From: Candidatus Nocardiopsis merdipullorum
GTDB taxonomy: Bacteria; Actinomycetota; Actinomycetes; Streptosporangiales; Streptosporangiaceae
Length of the DNA: 34,202 nucleotides
Assembly (NCBI GenBank): GCA_019115445.1
Contig: DXDP01000365.1
Coordinates: 1 to 34,202, forward strand
Direction: 5' to 3'
The first letter of the stretch is position 1, and the number at the start of each line of letters is the position of its first letter. A program made the position numbers and the translations under genes. Of the stretch, positions 11,980 to 19,912 are shown piece after piece. The notes under the pieces are model-generated. The model had not been told where the DNA came from. It saw only the letters and a program-made list of their open reading frames with translations, and made no database searches.

Positions 11980-13194
11980 ATGAAAGAACCCGCTCGTCTT
12001 CTCGTGTCCTTGCTCTCGGCCACGACAGTGGCCGCCCTTGCACCCGCATCTGCGGGGGCATCGGACGAGGTGGCCCCGGACCTCGAACCCACCCTGGTCG
12101 TGGCCCCCGACGGGGACGACTCCGCCGCCGGAAGCCTCGACGACCCCTTCGCCACCGTGCAACATGCAGTGGACCTGGCCGAACCCGGTGATGTGATCTC
12201 CGTCCGCGGCGGCACCTACGCTCTCGACGACCAGAACATCACGATCGACACCAGTGGAACATCCGACGAGCCCATCACCCTCACCGCCCACGAGGGCGAA
12301 CGCGTGATCATCGACGGGCAGGACCTGCCGGCCAGTTCCACGCCGATTGGTGGCGACATCCCGCGGGACGAACGCGGCACCATCCACCAAGAGGCGTCCC
12401 ACTGGGTCGTGAACGGGCTGGAGTTGATCAACGGCCCCTACGGCTACTACTGCGACGGCTGCGATGACAATGTGTTCTCCGACCTGGTGACGCGGGAAAA
12501 CTATGAAAGCGGTTTCCAGCTGCAGGGGGAGTCCTCCGACAACCTCGTCCTCAACCTGGACAGCTACGGAAACAGAGACCCCCGCAAGAACGGGGAGAGC
12601 GCCGACGGCCTGGCGATCAAGGAGGGCTCGGGTACCGGGAACGTCGTTCGAGGCGCACGGCTCTGGGACAACGCCGACGACGGTTTCGACGCCTGGGAGT
12701 TCGAGGACCCCATCACCATCGTCGACTCCCTCGTCCACGGCAACGGTTTCAATCGGTGGGACCTGCCCGATTTCTCGGGTGACGGCAACGGATTCAAACT
12801 CGGCGGGGGAGACCCGGCCCCACACGTGGCCCACGAACTCCACAACACAGCGGCTTGGGACAACGCAGCCGATGGATACACCGACAACGGAAACCACGGT
12901 GCAGTGAGCATCGACTCCAGCACCGCCTACGACAACGCCGTCGACGGCTTCGAACTGGACGGATCCAGCGGCTCCCTCACCGACAACCTGGCCCTCGACA
13001 ACGAGACCGACGTCCAGCCGGGAGAGGGCGAGAACACCGGAAACTCCTGGAACCTGGACACCCCCATCACCACGGACGACCTGCTCTCCACCGACCCCTC
13101 CACGATCAACGGCCCCCGATCGTCGGACGGATCCATCCCCTCCTCCGACTACCTCGTGCCCGCCGACCATTCCGATATCGGCGCTCGTTGGTGA
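11980..13194 (+). CDS. Secreted right-handed beta-helix polysaccharide lyase, PL9 (pectate lyase L-like)
   Basis: Signal peptide MKEPARLLVSLL...ASAGA. Motifs VAPDGDDSAAGS..DPFAT, RGGTY, ADGLAIK, NADDGFD, GDGNGFKLGG (PL9 catalytic Lys motif). Very Asp-rich. Confidence 0.88.
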   Translation: MKEPARLLVSLLSATTVAALAPASAGASDEVAPDLEPTLVVAPDGDDSAAGSLDDPFATVQHAVDLAEPGDVISVRGGTYALDDQNITIDTSGTSDEPITLTAHEGERVIIDGQDLPASSTPIGGDIPRDERGTIHQEASHWVVNGLELINGPYGYYCDGCDDNVFSDLVTRENYESGFQLQGESSDNLVLNLDSYGNRDPRKNGESADGLAIKEGSGTGNVVRGARLWDNADDGFDAWEFEDPITIVDSLVHGNGFNRWDLPDFSGDGNGFKLGGGDPAPHVAHELHNTAAWDNAADGYTDNGNHGAVSIDSSTAYDNAVDGFELDGSSGSLTDNLALDNETDVQPGEGENTGNSWNLDTPITTDDLLSTDPSTINGPRSSDGSIPSSDYLVPADHSDIGARW

Positions 13195-13310
13195 CCGCAC
13201 GAAGTCATCGGACCGGGCGGGGCGTCCACGGAACTCGAGGCAACTAGACTTCCGTGTGGCGCACCCGTCCCGGGTGGTCGGAACGGACTCGAGCGAGGGG
13301 AATCGAAGCG

Positions 13311-14426
13311 TTGGCTCAGGTGGAGATCGGGCTGGGCAAGAACGGGCGCCGGGCCTACGAGCTCGACGAGATCGGGATCGTGCCCGCCCGACGTACGCGC
13401 GATCCGGAGGAGGTGTCGATCGCCTGGCAGATCGATGCCTACAGGTTCGAGACGCCGCTGGTGGTCAGCCCCATGGACAGCGTCTCCTCTCCCCAGACGG
13501 TCGTGGCCGTCGGTCAGCAGGGCGGCCTGGGAGTGTTGGACCTGGAGGGGCTCTGGACCCGGTACGAAGACCCGGAGCCGTTGCTCCAGGAAATCCGTGA
13601 ACTCGAGGACGAGGCGGCCACCAAGCGCCTCCAGGAAATCTACGCCGCTCCGATCCAGGAAGAGCTGATCGGACGCCGGATCGAGGAGATCCGCAGCGCC
13701 GGTCTGGTCACGGCCGCACGGTTGTCCCCCCAACGCACCGCCCAGTACCACAGGACGGTCGTCGACGCCGGTGTGGACATCTTCGTGATCCGGGGCACCA
13801 CGGTCTCGGCCGAGCACGTCTCCGGCCGTGCCGAACCGCTCAACCTCAAGCAGTTCATCCACGACCTCGATGTGCCGGTGGTGGTCGGTGGTTGCGCCAC
13901 CTACACCGCCGCCCTGCACCTGATGCGTACCGGCGCCGCGGGTGTCCTGGTCGGTTTCGGTGGTGGTTCGGGCCACACCACACGCTCCGTGCTGGGTGTG
14001 GCCGTGCCGATGGCCAGCGCCATCGGTGACGTGGCCGCTGCCCGCCGCGACTACCTCGACGAGTCCGGTGGCCGTTACGTACACGTCATCGCCGACGGCG
14101 GCATGACCAGCAGCGGGGACATCGCCAAATCCCTGGCCTGCGGGGCCGATGCCGTGATGATCGGCTCTCCCCTGGCCCGCGCCGAAGAGGCTCCCGGGGG
14201 TGGTTACCACTGGGGCAGCGAAGCGCACCACCACGAGCTGCCGCGTGGTGAGCGGGTGGATGTCGGCACGATCGGCGACTTGAGGTCGATCCTGCACGGC
14301 CCCGCCCACACCAGTGACGGCTCCATGAACCTCATGGGTGCACTGCGCCGTACCATGGCCACGGCCGGTTACTCCGACCTCAAGGAATTCCAAAGGGTCG
14401 AGGTCGTGGTCAACCCGCACCGGTAG
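13311..14426 (+). CDS. guaB3: GuaB3-family IMP dehydrogenase-related protein
   Basis: Motifs EIGLGKNGRRAYELDEI, SPMDSV, GVLDLEGLWTRY, IRGTTVSAEHV, YVHVIADGG. No CBS domains; catalytic-loop region is GFGGGSGHTTR. TTG start after GAGGGG; -10-like TAGACT at 13245-13250. Confidence 0.93.
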   Translation: MAQVEIGLGKNGRRAYELDEIGIVPARRTRDPEEVSIAWQIDAYRFETPLVVSPMDSVSSPQTVVAVGQQGGLGVLDLEGLWTRYEDPEPLLQEIRELEDEAATKRLQEIYAAPIQEELIGRRIEEIRSAGLVTAARLSPQRTAQYHRTVVDAGVDIFVIRGTTVSAEHVSGRAEPLNLKQFIHDLDVPVVVGGCATYTAALHLMRTGAAGVLVGFGGGSGHTTRSVLGVAVPMASAIGDVAAARRDYLDESGGRYVHVIADGGMTSSGDIAKSLACGADAVMIGSPLARAEEAPGGGYHWGSEAHHHELPRGERVDVGTIGDLRSILHGPAHTSDGSMNLMGALRRTMATAGYSDLKEFQRVEVVVNPHR

Positions 14427-14437
14427 AACTTTCCCGA

Positions 14438-14467
14438 GGGCCGGGACCGTCCCACGGGGCCCGGCCC
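14438..14467 (+). terminator. GC-rich hairpin after guaB3
   Basis: GGGCCGGG...CCCGGCCC stem followed by CGTTCTT. Confidence 0.6.
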
Positions 14468-14509
14468 CCGTTCTTGCGCGGGGTGTGAAGCTTCCGACGG
14501 AAGGCGAAC

Positions 14510-15367
14510 ATGGGTGAGAGCGGGTCCGTGACCGGCCGCAAACGCAGAGGCCAGGTGGTGGCGACATGCATCACCCTCGCGGTGTGCCTGATGATCACCA
14601 CCGGAGTGGTGTTCGTCGCCAACCGGATCTCCACCGCGGTCGGCAACTGGGAACCTCCTGTGAGCGCTTCCTCGGAACCCTCCGACGGCACGGTCCGCAC
14701 CCCTGCGCACGACGAACTCGACGGGCCCCCGGACAACTCCCGGGTCACCGCCCAGGAGGACGACCCCGAGGGTGCAAGTGCCGATGAGCAACACACCCCC
14801 GACGCGGTACCGCGCCCCTCCGACCCATGGCTCGACGAGGTCTCCGAGGCCACGGACGTGCCCCGCCGGGCACTGTTCGGCTACGCAGCGGCCCAACTCG
14901 TCCTGGCCGAGGACCTGCCCGCCTGCCAACTGTCCTGGACCACACTGGCGGGTATCGGATACGTGGAGTCCCGACACGGAACCTACGCCGGGGGTGAGAT
15001 CGCCGAGGACGGGACCACGACCGTCGACATCATCGGCATCCCGCTGGACGGGAGCAACGACACCCAGGCTCTTCCCGACACGGACGGCGGTGAACTCGAC
15101 GGTGACACCGAGTGGGACCGGGCCATCGGCCCCATGCAGTTCATCCCCACCACCTGGGCCCGGTGGGGGGAATCCCTCGAGGGGGGCACCCCCGACCCGC
15201 ACAACATCGACGACGCGGCGTTGTCCGCGGCCCGTTACCTGTGCGCGGACGAACGGGACCTGACCACCGTCGAGGACTGGGAATCGGCCGTCCTTGCATA
15301 CAACCGTTCCGGGACCTATGTCACCGACGTGCTCGCCTACGCGCACGCCTACGCCGATCTTTCCTGA
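14510..15367 (+). CDS. Membrane-anchored lytic transglycosylase (MltB/SLT-like)
   Basis: N-terminal TM helix, acidic linker, motifs WTTLAGIGYVESRHG (catalytic Glu), AIGPMQFIPTTW, DAALSAARYLC, AYNRS. Confidence 0.88.
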   Translation: MGESGSVTGRKRRGQVVATCITLAVCLMITTGVVFVANRISTAVGNWEPPVSASSEPSDGTVRTPAHDELDGPPDNSRVTAQEDDPEGASADEQHTPDAVPRPSDPWLDEVSEATDVPRRALFGYAAAQLVLAEDLPACQLSWTTLAGIGYVESRHGTYAGGEIAEDGTTTVDIIGIPLDGSNDTQALPDTDGGELDGDTEWDRAIGPMQFIPTTWARWGESLEGGTPDPHNIDDAALSAARYLCADERDLTTVEDWESAVLAYNRSGTYVTDVLAYAHAYADLS

Positions 15368-15495
15368 CACCGACGCGGGAAGGGAAGCTCCGGCACCCGT
15401 CCCCGACCGGTTCGGGACCGACTGATTCGATGGACACGGCTCCTGGCGGGTATGCGCCTGGGAGGAGAACCATCGAGATGGAGGGGGACCACCGT

Positions 15496-17217
15496 ATGGC
15501 GACCACATGGCTGGGACCGAAGGGGCGAGCCGATGCGCTGGCGTCGATGGCCGAGGAAGAACTCGACGTCCTCGTCGTCGGAGGTGGCATCGTCGGTGCG
15601 GGTATCGCACTGGACGCGGTTTCCCGTGGGCTGTCGACGGGGCTGATCGAGGCACGTGACTTCGCCTCCGGTACCTCCAGCAGGTCCAGCAAACTCATCC
15701 ACGGCGGTCTGCGTTACCTCGAGCAGTTCGACTTCGAACTGGTCCGTGAGGCGTTGCACGAACGCGGACTGTTGCTCACCACCATCGCACCGCACCTGGT
15801 GCGGCCGGTGCCGTTCTTGTTCCCGTTCGCACACCACTGGGAGCGTTTCTACATCGGAGCCGGGGTGACGCTCTACGACACCCTTGCCATGACCTCCCGC
15901 AACAACCGTGGTCTGCCCGCACACCGGCACCTGACCCGGTCCGGTGCGCTACGGGTCTTTCCCGCGCTCAAACGCGACGCATTGACCGGTGCGGTCCAGT
16001 ACTGGGACGCGCAGGTGGACGATGCCCGTTTCGTCACCACCGTGTTGCGCACCGCCGCGGGGCTGGGTGCACACGTTGCCTCCCGCTCCCAGGCGGTCGG
16101 TTTCCTGAGGGAGGGAGAACACGTGGTCGGGGCCACCGTCACCGATCTGGAGAACGGTGGGCAACGACAGGTCCGTGCTCGTCAGGTGGTCAACGCCACG
16201 GGGGTCTGGACCGACGAGATCCAGGAGATGGTGGGTGGACGCGGCCAGATCCACGTGAGCGCCTCCAAGGGGATCCACCTGGTGGTGCCACGCGACCGTA
16301 TCCAGTCTTCTTCCGGGATGATCCTGCGCACGGAGAAGAGCGTCCTGTTCGTCATCCCGTGGGGCCGCCACTGGATCATCGGTACCACCGACACCGCTTG
16401 GGACCTCGACAAGGCCCACCCGGCGGCCAGCCGGACCGACATCGACTACGTGCTCGACCACATCAACCAGGTCTTGCGTACCCCCTTGGGGCGGGACGAC
16501 GTCGAGGGCGTGTACGCGGGGCTACGGCCCCTCCTGTCGGGGGAGTCGGACGAGACCTCCAAGCTGTCCCGTGAGCACACCGTCGCCCATCCCGTGCCGG
16601 GTCTGGTACTCATCGCCGGCGGAAAGTACACCACCTACCGTGTCATGGCCAAGGACGCGGTGGACGCGGTCGCGCACGGACTCGGCGGGGGTGTACCGGA
16701 GTCGGTCACCGACCGCCTGCCCCTGGTCGGGGCGGACGGCTACGCGGCGTTGACCAATCAGCGGCACACGATGGCCCGGAACACCGGGCTGCACATCTCA
16801 CGCATCTCCCATCTGCTGCGCAGATACGGTTCCTCGGTGCGTGACCTGCTCGATCTGATCCAGCAACACCCCGATCTGGGACGTCCGCTGGAAGCCGCCC
16901 AGGACTACCTGCGTGCCGAAGTCCTGTACGCCGTCGAGGCCGAGGGGGCCCGCCACCTGGACGACGTGCTCGCACGCCGTACTCGTATCTCCTTCGAGAC
17001 GTGGGACCGGGGGATCGCGGCGGCCCAGGAGGCGGCGGAGCTGATGGCCGAGCCGCTGGGCTGGTCGAAGGAGCAGGTCGAACGCGAGGTCGAGTACTAC
17101 CGGAAGGGCATCGAGGCCGAACGCGCCGCTCAGGAACAGGACACCGACCGGGAGGCCGACGCCGCCCAGCACGGCTCCCCGGAGATCGTCCCGGAGGCGC
17201 CCATCAGTAAGAACTGA
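15496..17217 (+). CDS. glpD: FAD-dependent glycerol-3-phosphate dehydrogenase/oxidase
   Basis: Motifs DVLVVGGGIVGAG, DFASGTSSRSSKLIHGGLRYL, DDARF, VNATGVW, KGIHLV, YAGLRPL, GGKYTTYR. ATG 15496 after GAGGGGG. Confidence 0.93.
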   Translation: MATTWLGPKGRADALASMAEEELDVLVVGGGIVGAGIALDAVSRGLSTGLIEARDFASGTSSRSSKLIHGGLRYLEQFDFELVREALHERGLLLTTIAPHLVRPVPFLFPFAHHWERFYIGAGVTLYDTLAMTSRNNRGLPAHRHLTRSGALRVFPALKRDALTGAVQYWDAQVDDARFVTTVLRTAAGLGAHVASRSQAVGFLREGEHVVGATVTDLENGGQRQVRARQVVNATGVWTDEIQEMVGGRGQIHVSASKGIHLVVPRDRIQSSSGMILRTEKSVLFVIPWGRHWIIGTTDTAWDLDKAHPAASRTDIDYVLDHINQVLRTPLGRDDVEGVYAGLRPLLSGESDETSKLSREHTVAHPVPGLVLIAGGKYTTYRVMAKDAVDAVAHGLGGGVPESVTDRLPLVGADGYAALTNQRHTMARNTGLHISRISHLLRRYGSSVRDLLDLIQQHPDLGRPLEAAQDYLRAEVLYAVEAEGARHLDDVLARRTRISFETWDRGIAAAQEAAELMAEPLGWSKEQVEREVEYYRKGIEAERAAQEQDTDREADAAQHGSPEIVPEAPISKN

Positions 17218-17268
17218 GGACTTGGGCACGGTCGGGACCACGGGGAAGGGCCACTAGGCTCGGTTGTC

Positions 17269-18300
17269 ATGTGGCGTTTCGGCTGGAATCCGAAAAGGGT
17301 GCTGCGTGGCACCGACAAAGAGGCCCTGCTCGTCCCCGCCGGTTACGGCACCGATCCGCTCACCCGAGCCGGGTGCGAGTCCGTGCGCCAGGGAGATCTG
17401 CGCGCGGGCCTCACCCTGCTCGAGGACACCCGGGAGGATCCCGAGGCGCGCGTGTACGTGGTCGAGGCGCTGGGCCGGGCCGCGATCGACACCCCCGGTG
17501 AGGTCGCCGGGCTCGCCGCGGAGGGTGGGGACGAGGCCGATGTTCTGCTCTGGCTCGGAAACGCCCTGCTGGCGCGGGCCCTACGCAACCCCGGTGCCAC
17601 AGCGGCCGACAGGAAGGGGTTCGAGGCCGCCCTTGCCGAGGCACGCATCCCTTTGAACGGGGCCCTTCGGACACGCCCCGACGACGTCGCGCCCTGGGTG
17701 ACGCTCCAGACCATCGCGATGGGACTCGGTGCCGACCGTGACGAGAAGGACCGGTTGTGGCGTGAGATCAGCGCGCGTGTTCCCGACCTGCTCCCTGCGC
17801 ACATGACCCGGGTGCGTACGCTCTCGGCAACCCGTGGCGGTTCCGTCGAGGAGATGTTCGCCTCGGCCGGGGCCGCCGCGGACATCTCCCCCGAGGGCAG
17901 CCCGTTGCCTTCCGTCCTGGCCCTGGCCCACGCCGAGTTCCTGCGCGGGGAACAAAAACGCCTGGTCGCCGAGGGAAAGAGCAACCACATGGCGCACATG
18001 AGCCTGGGCCGCCTGCACGGTGAACCCGCCCAGGAGTTGTTCGAGGCCGCACGGCACTGGGCGGAGCACGCCGTGCCGCACGTGCGGGACATCCAGGCCC
18101 ATCACCTCTTCGGATGGGCATTCCATCGGGCGGGCATGTCCGATGCCGCGCGTTGGCACTTGAACGCCGTCGGCCGATTCACCTGTGACCTTCCGTGGTC
18201 CTTCTTCGGTGCGCCCCGCGCGGAGGCCGCCCACGCCATGTCCGAACTCGGGGTGGACCCCACGGCTCACGAGACCTCCTGGGTGGACGAGATCGACTAG
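17269..18300 (+). CDS. Hypothetical alpha-helical (TPR-like, possibly DUF4034-related) protein
   Basis: 343 aa with strong GC3 bias. Segments PDDVAPW, GGSVEEMF, PEGSPL, LPWSFFG resemble actinobacterial DUF4034-type proteins (from recall). -10-like TAGGCT 8 nt before ATG. Confidence 0.75.
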   Translation: MWRFGWNPKRVLRGTDKEALLVPAGYGTDPLTRAGCESVRQGDLRAGLTLLEDTREDPEARVYVVEALGRAAIDTPGEVAGLAAEGGDEADVLLWLGNALLARALRNPGATAADRKGFEAALAEARIPLNGALRTRPDDVAPWVTLQTIAMGLGADRDEKDRLWREISARVPDLLPAHMTRVRTLSATRGGSVEEMFASAGAAADISPEGSPLPSVLALAHAEFLRGEQKRLVAEGKSNHMAHMSLGRLHGEPAQELFEAARHWAEHAVPHVRDIQAHHLFGWAFHRAGMSDAARWHLNAVGRFTCDLPWSFFGAPRAEAAHAMSELGVDPTAHETSWVDEID

Positions 18301-18418
18301 ATCGCGCTTCGACACCATTGCGAGCTCCTCCCCACCCGGAAGCCCTCGAAGAACATCCCCCCGCCATGCCCGGGAAAATGGCTTGTCCGTCCATGAGCAC
18401 GTCGGAGACCCTGGGTAT

Positions 18419-19912
18419 GTGCTACTGACGATCACGACCACAGCCTCTTCGACCGCCCCTGCCACGGACCTCGGCTTTCTGCTGCACAAGCACCCGGACA
18501 AGGTGCAAAGTTTCGAGCAGTCCTTCGGAACGGCCCACGTGTTCTATCCCGAGGCCACAGAGGAACGCTGTACGGCGGCCCTTCTGCTGGAGGTGGACCC
18601 GCAGTCGTTGTTGCGCACGCGTGCGTCCGTACGCACCCCCGACTTCTCGCTCGCCCAGTACGTCAACGACCGGCCCTACGCGACCTCTTCACTGTTCACC
18701 GTGGCGCTGGGTCAGGTTCTGCGCACAGCGCTGCGCGGCCGATGCGCACAACGCCCCGAACTGGCTCGTACCCCGATCCCGCTGGAACTGAGCCTGCCTG
18801 CGGTACCCTGCCGACCCGGCCCCGAAAAGGCCCGGGCACTGTTCGAACCGCTCGGTTGGCGGGTCCGCGCCGAACCGGTACCGCTCGACCCAGAACTTCC
18901 GGGCTGGGGCGACTCCCACTACCTTTCCCTCACCCTCACCGGAACCTTGCGCCTGTCGGATGCCCTCAGCCACCTGTACGTGCTGCTGCCCGCCATGGAC
19001 AGCAGCAAGAAGCACTACTGGATGGACGAGACCGAGGTCGACAAACTGCTGCGCGCCGGGGGAGTCGACGACGAGGACGGGCACGGGTGGCTCGCCGAAC
19101 ATCCAGAGCGCACGTGGATCACCCGCCGCTATCTCGACCGGCGTGAACGTTACGTGCGCACCGCACTCGGGCGCCTCATGGAAGTGGATGACACCCCTGA
19201 GGGCGAGGCCGACGACCCGGCGGTGGAGGAGTCCTCCACCACACCACACCTGGAGGAACGCGGGGCCGACCTGGCCGAACAGCGGGTCGGTGCGGTCCTG
19301 GCCGTGCTGAACGCCGAACGGGTCGGCAGCGTCATCGATCTGGGCTGTGGTGGCGGCAAACTCCTGGAGAGCCTGGTCAAGGAACCCACCTTGGGACGGG
19401 TCAGTGGCGTGGACGTCGACATCGACAGCCTCGAACACGCCCACCGGGCGACCTGCCGGGGTTGTGCACCGTCCGGGAAGGGACACCGGACGGATCTGTT
19501 CGAGGAGCAATCCACCACGGACGGGCAACGGCCCCGCCCCGACCTGTTCGTCGGTTCGGTCCTGTACCGGGACCGGCGTTTCGCCGATCATGACGCCGCC
19601 GTACTCATGGAGGTCGTCGAACACATCGACCCCTCCCGGCTGGCCGCCATGGAGGACGTCGTGTTCTCCGGGGCCGCCCCACGCGTCGTCGTCATCACCA
19701 CACCCAACGCCGAATACAACACGCACTACGAGGGACTGGAAGAAGGGGCCTTTCGGCACAGCGACCACCGTTTCGAGTGGACCCGTGCCGAGTTCGCCCG
19801 TTGGGCCGATCGGGTCGCCGACACCCACGGCTACCAGGTCCGTCACCTGCCGGTGGGAGAAGAGGAACCCGACACCGGCGCTCCGACCCAGATGGGGGTT
19901 TTCACCAAATGA
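18419..19912 (+). CDS. hen1: 3'-terminal RNA ribose 2'-O-methyltransferase Hen1
   Basis: N-terminal ligase-activating domain (PATDLGFLLHKHP, YVNDRPY, KHYW). C-terminal MTase (DLGCGGG, EVVEH, TTPNAEYN, RHSDHRFEWTR). ATGA overlap with pnkp. Confidence 0.96.
   Translation: MLLTITTTASSTAPATDLGFLLHKHPDKVQSFEQSFGTAHVFYPEATEERCTAALLLEVDPQSLLRTRASVRTPDFSLAQYVNDRPYATSSLFTVALGQVLRTALRGRCAQRPELARTPIPLELSLPAVPCRPGPEKARALFEPLGWRVRAEPVPLDPELPGWGDSHYLSLTLTGTLRLSDALSHLYVLLPAMDSSKKHYWMDETEVDKLLRAGGVDDEDGHGWLAEHPERTWITRRYLDRRERYVRTALGRLMEVDDTPEGEADDPAVEESSTTPHLEERGADLAEQRVGAVLAVLNAERVGSVIDLGCGGGKLLESLVKEPTLGRVSGVDVDIDSLEHAHRATCRGCAPSGKGHRTDLFEEQSTTDGQRPRPDLFVGSVLYRDRRFADHDAAVLMEVVEHIDPSRLAAMEDVVFSGAAPRVVVITTPNAEYNTHYEGLEEGAFRHSDHRFEWTRAEFARWADRVADTHGYQVRHLPVGEEEPDTGAPTQMGVFTK

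Noticed and set aside
15112-15495. 128-aa N-terminal extension on GlpD
   Set aside because: It overlaps the transglycosylase gene in another frame. The RBS and FAD-binding motif support ATG 15496.
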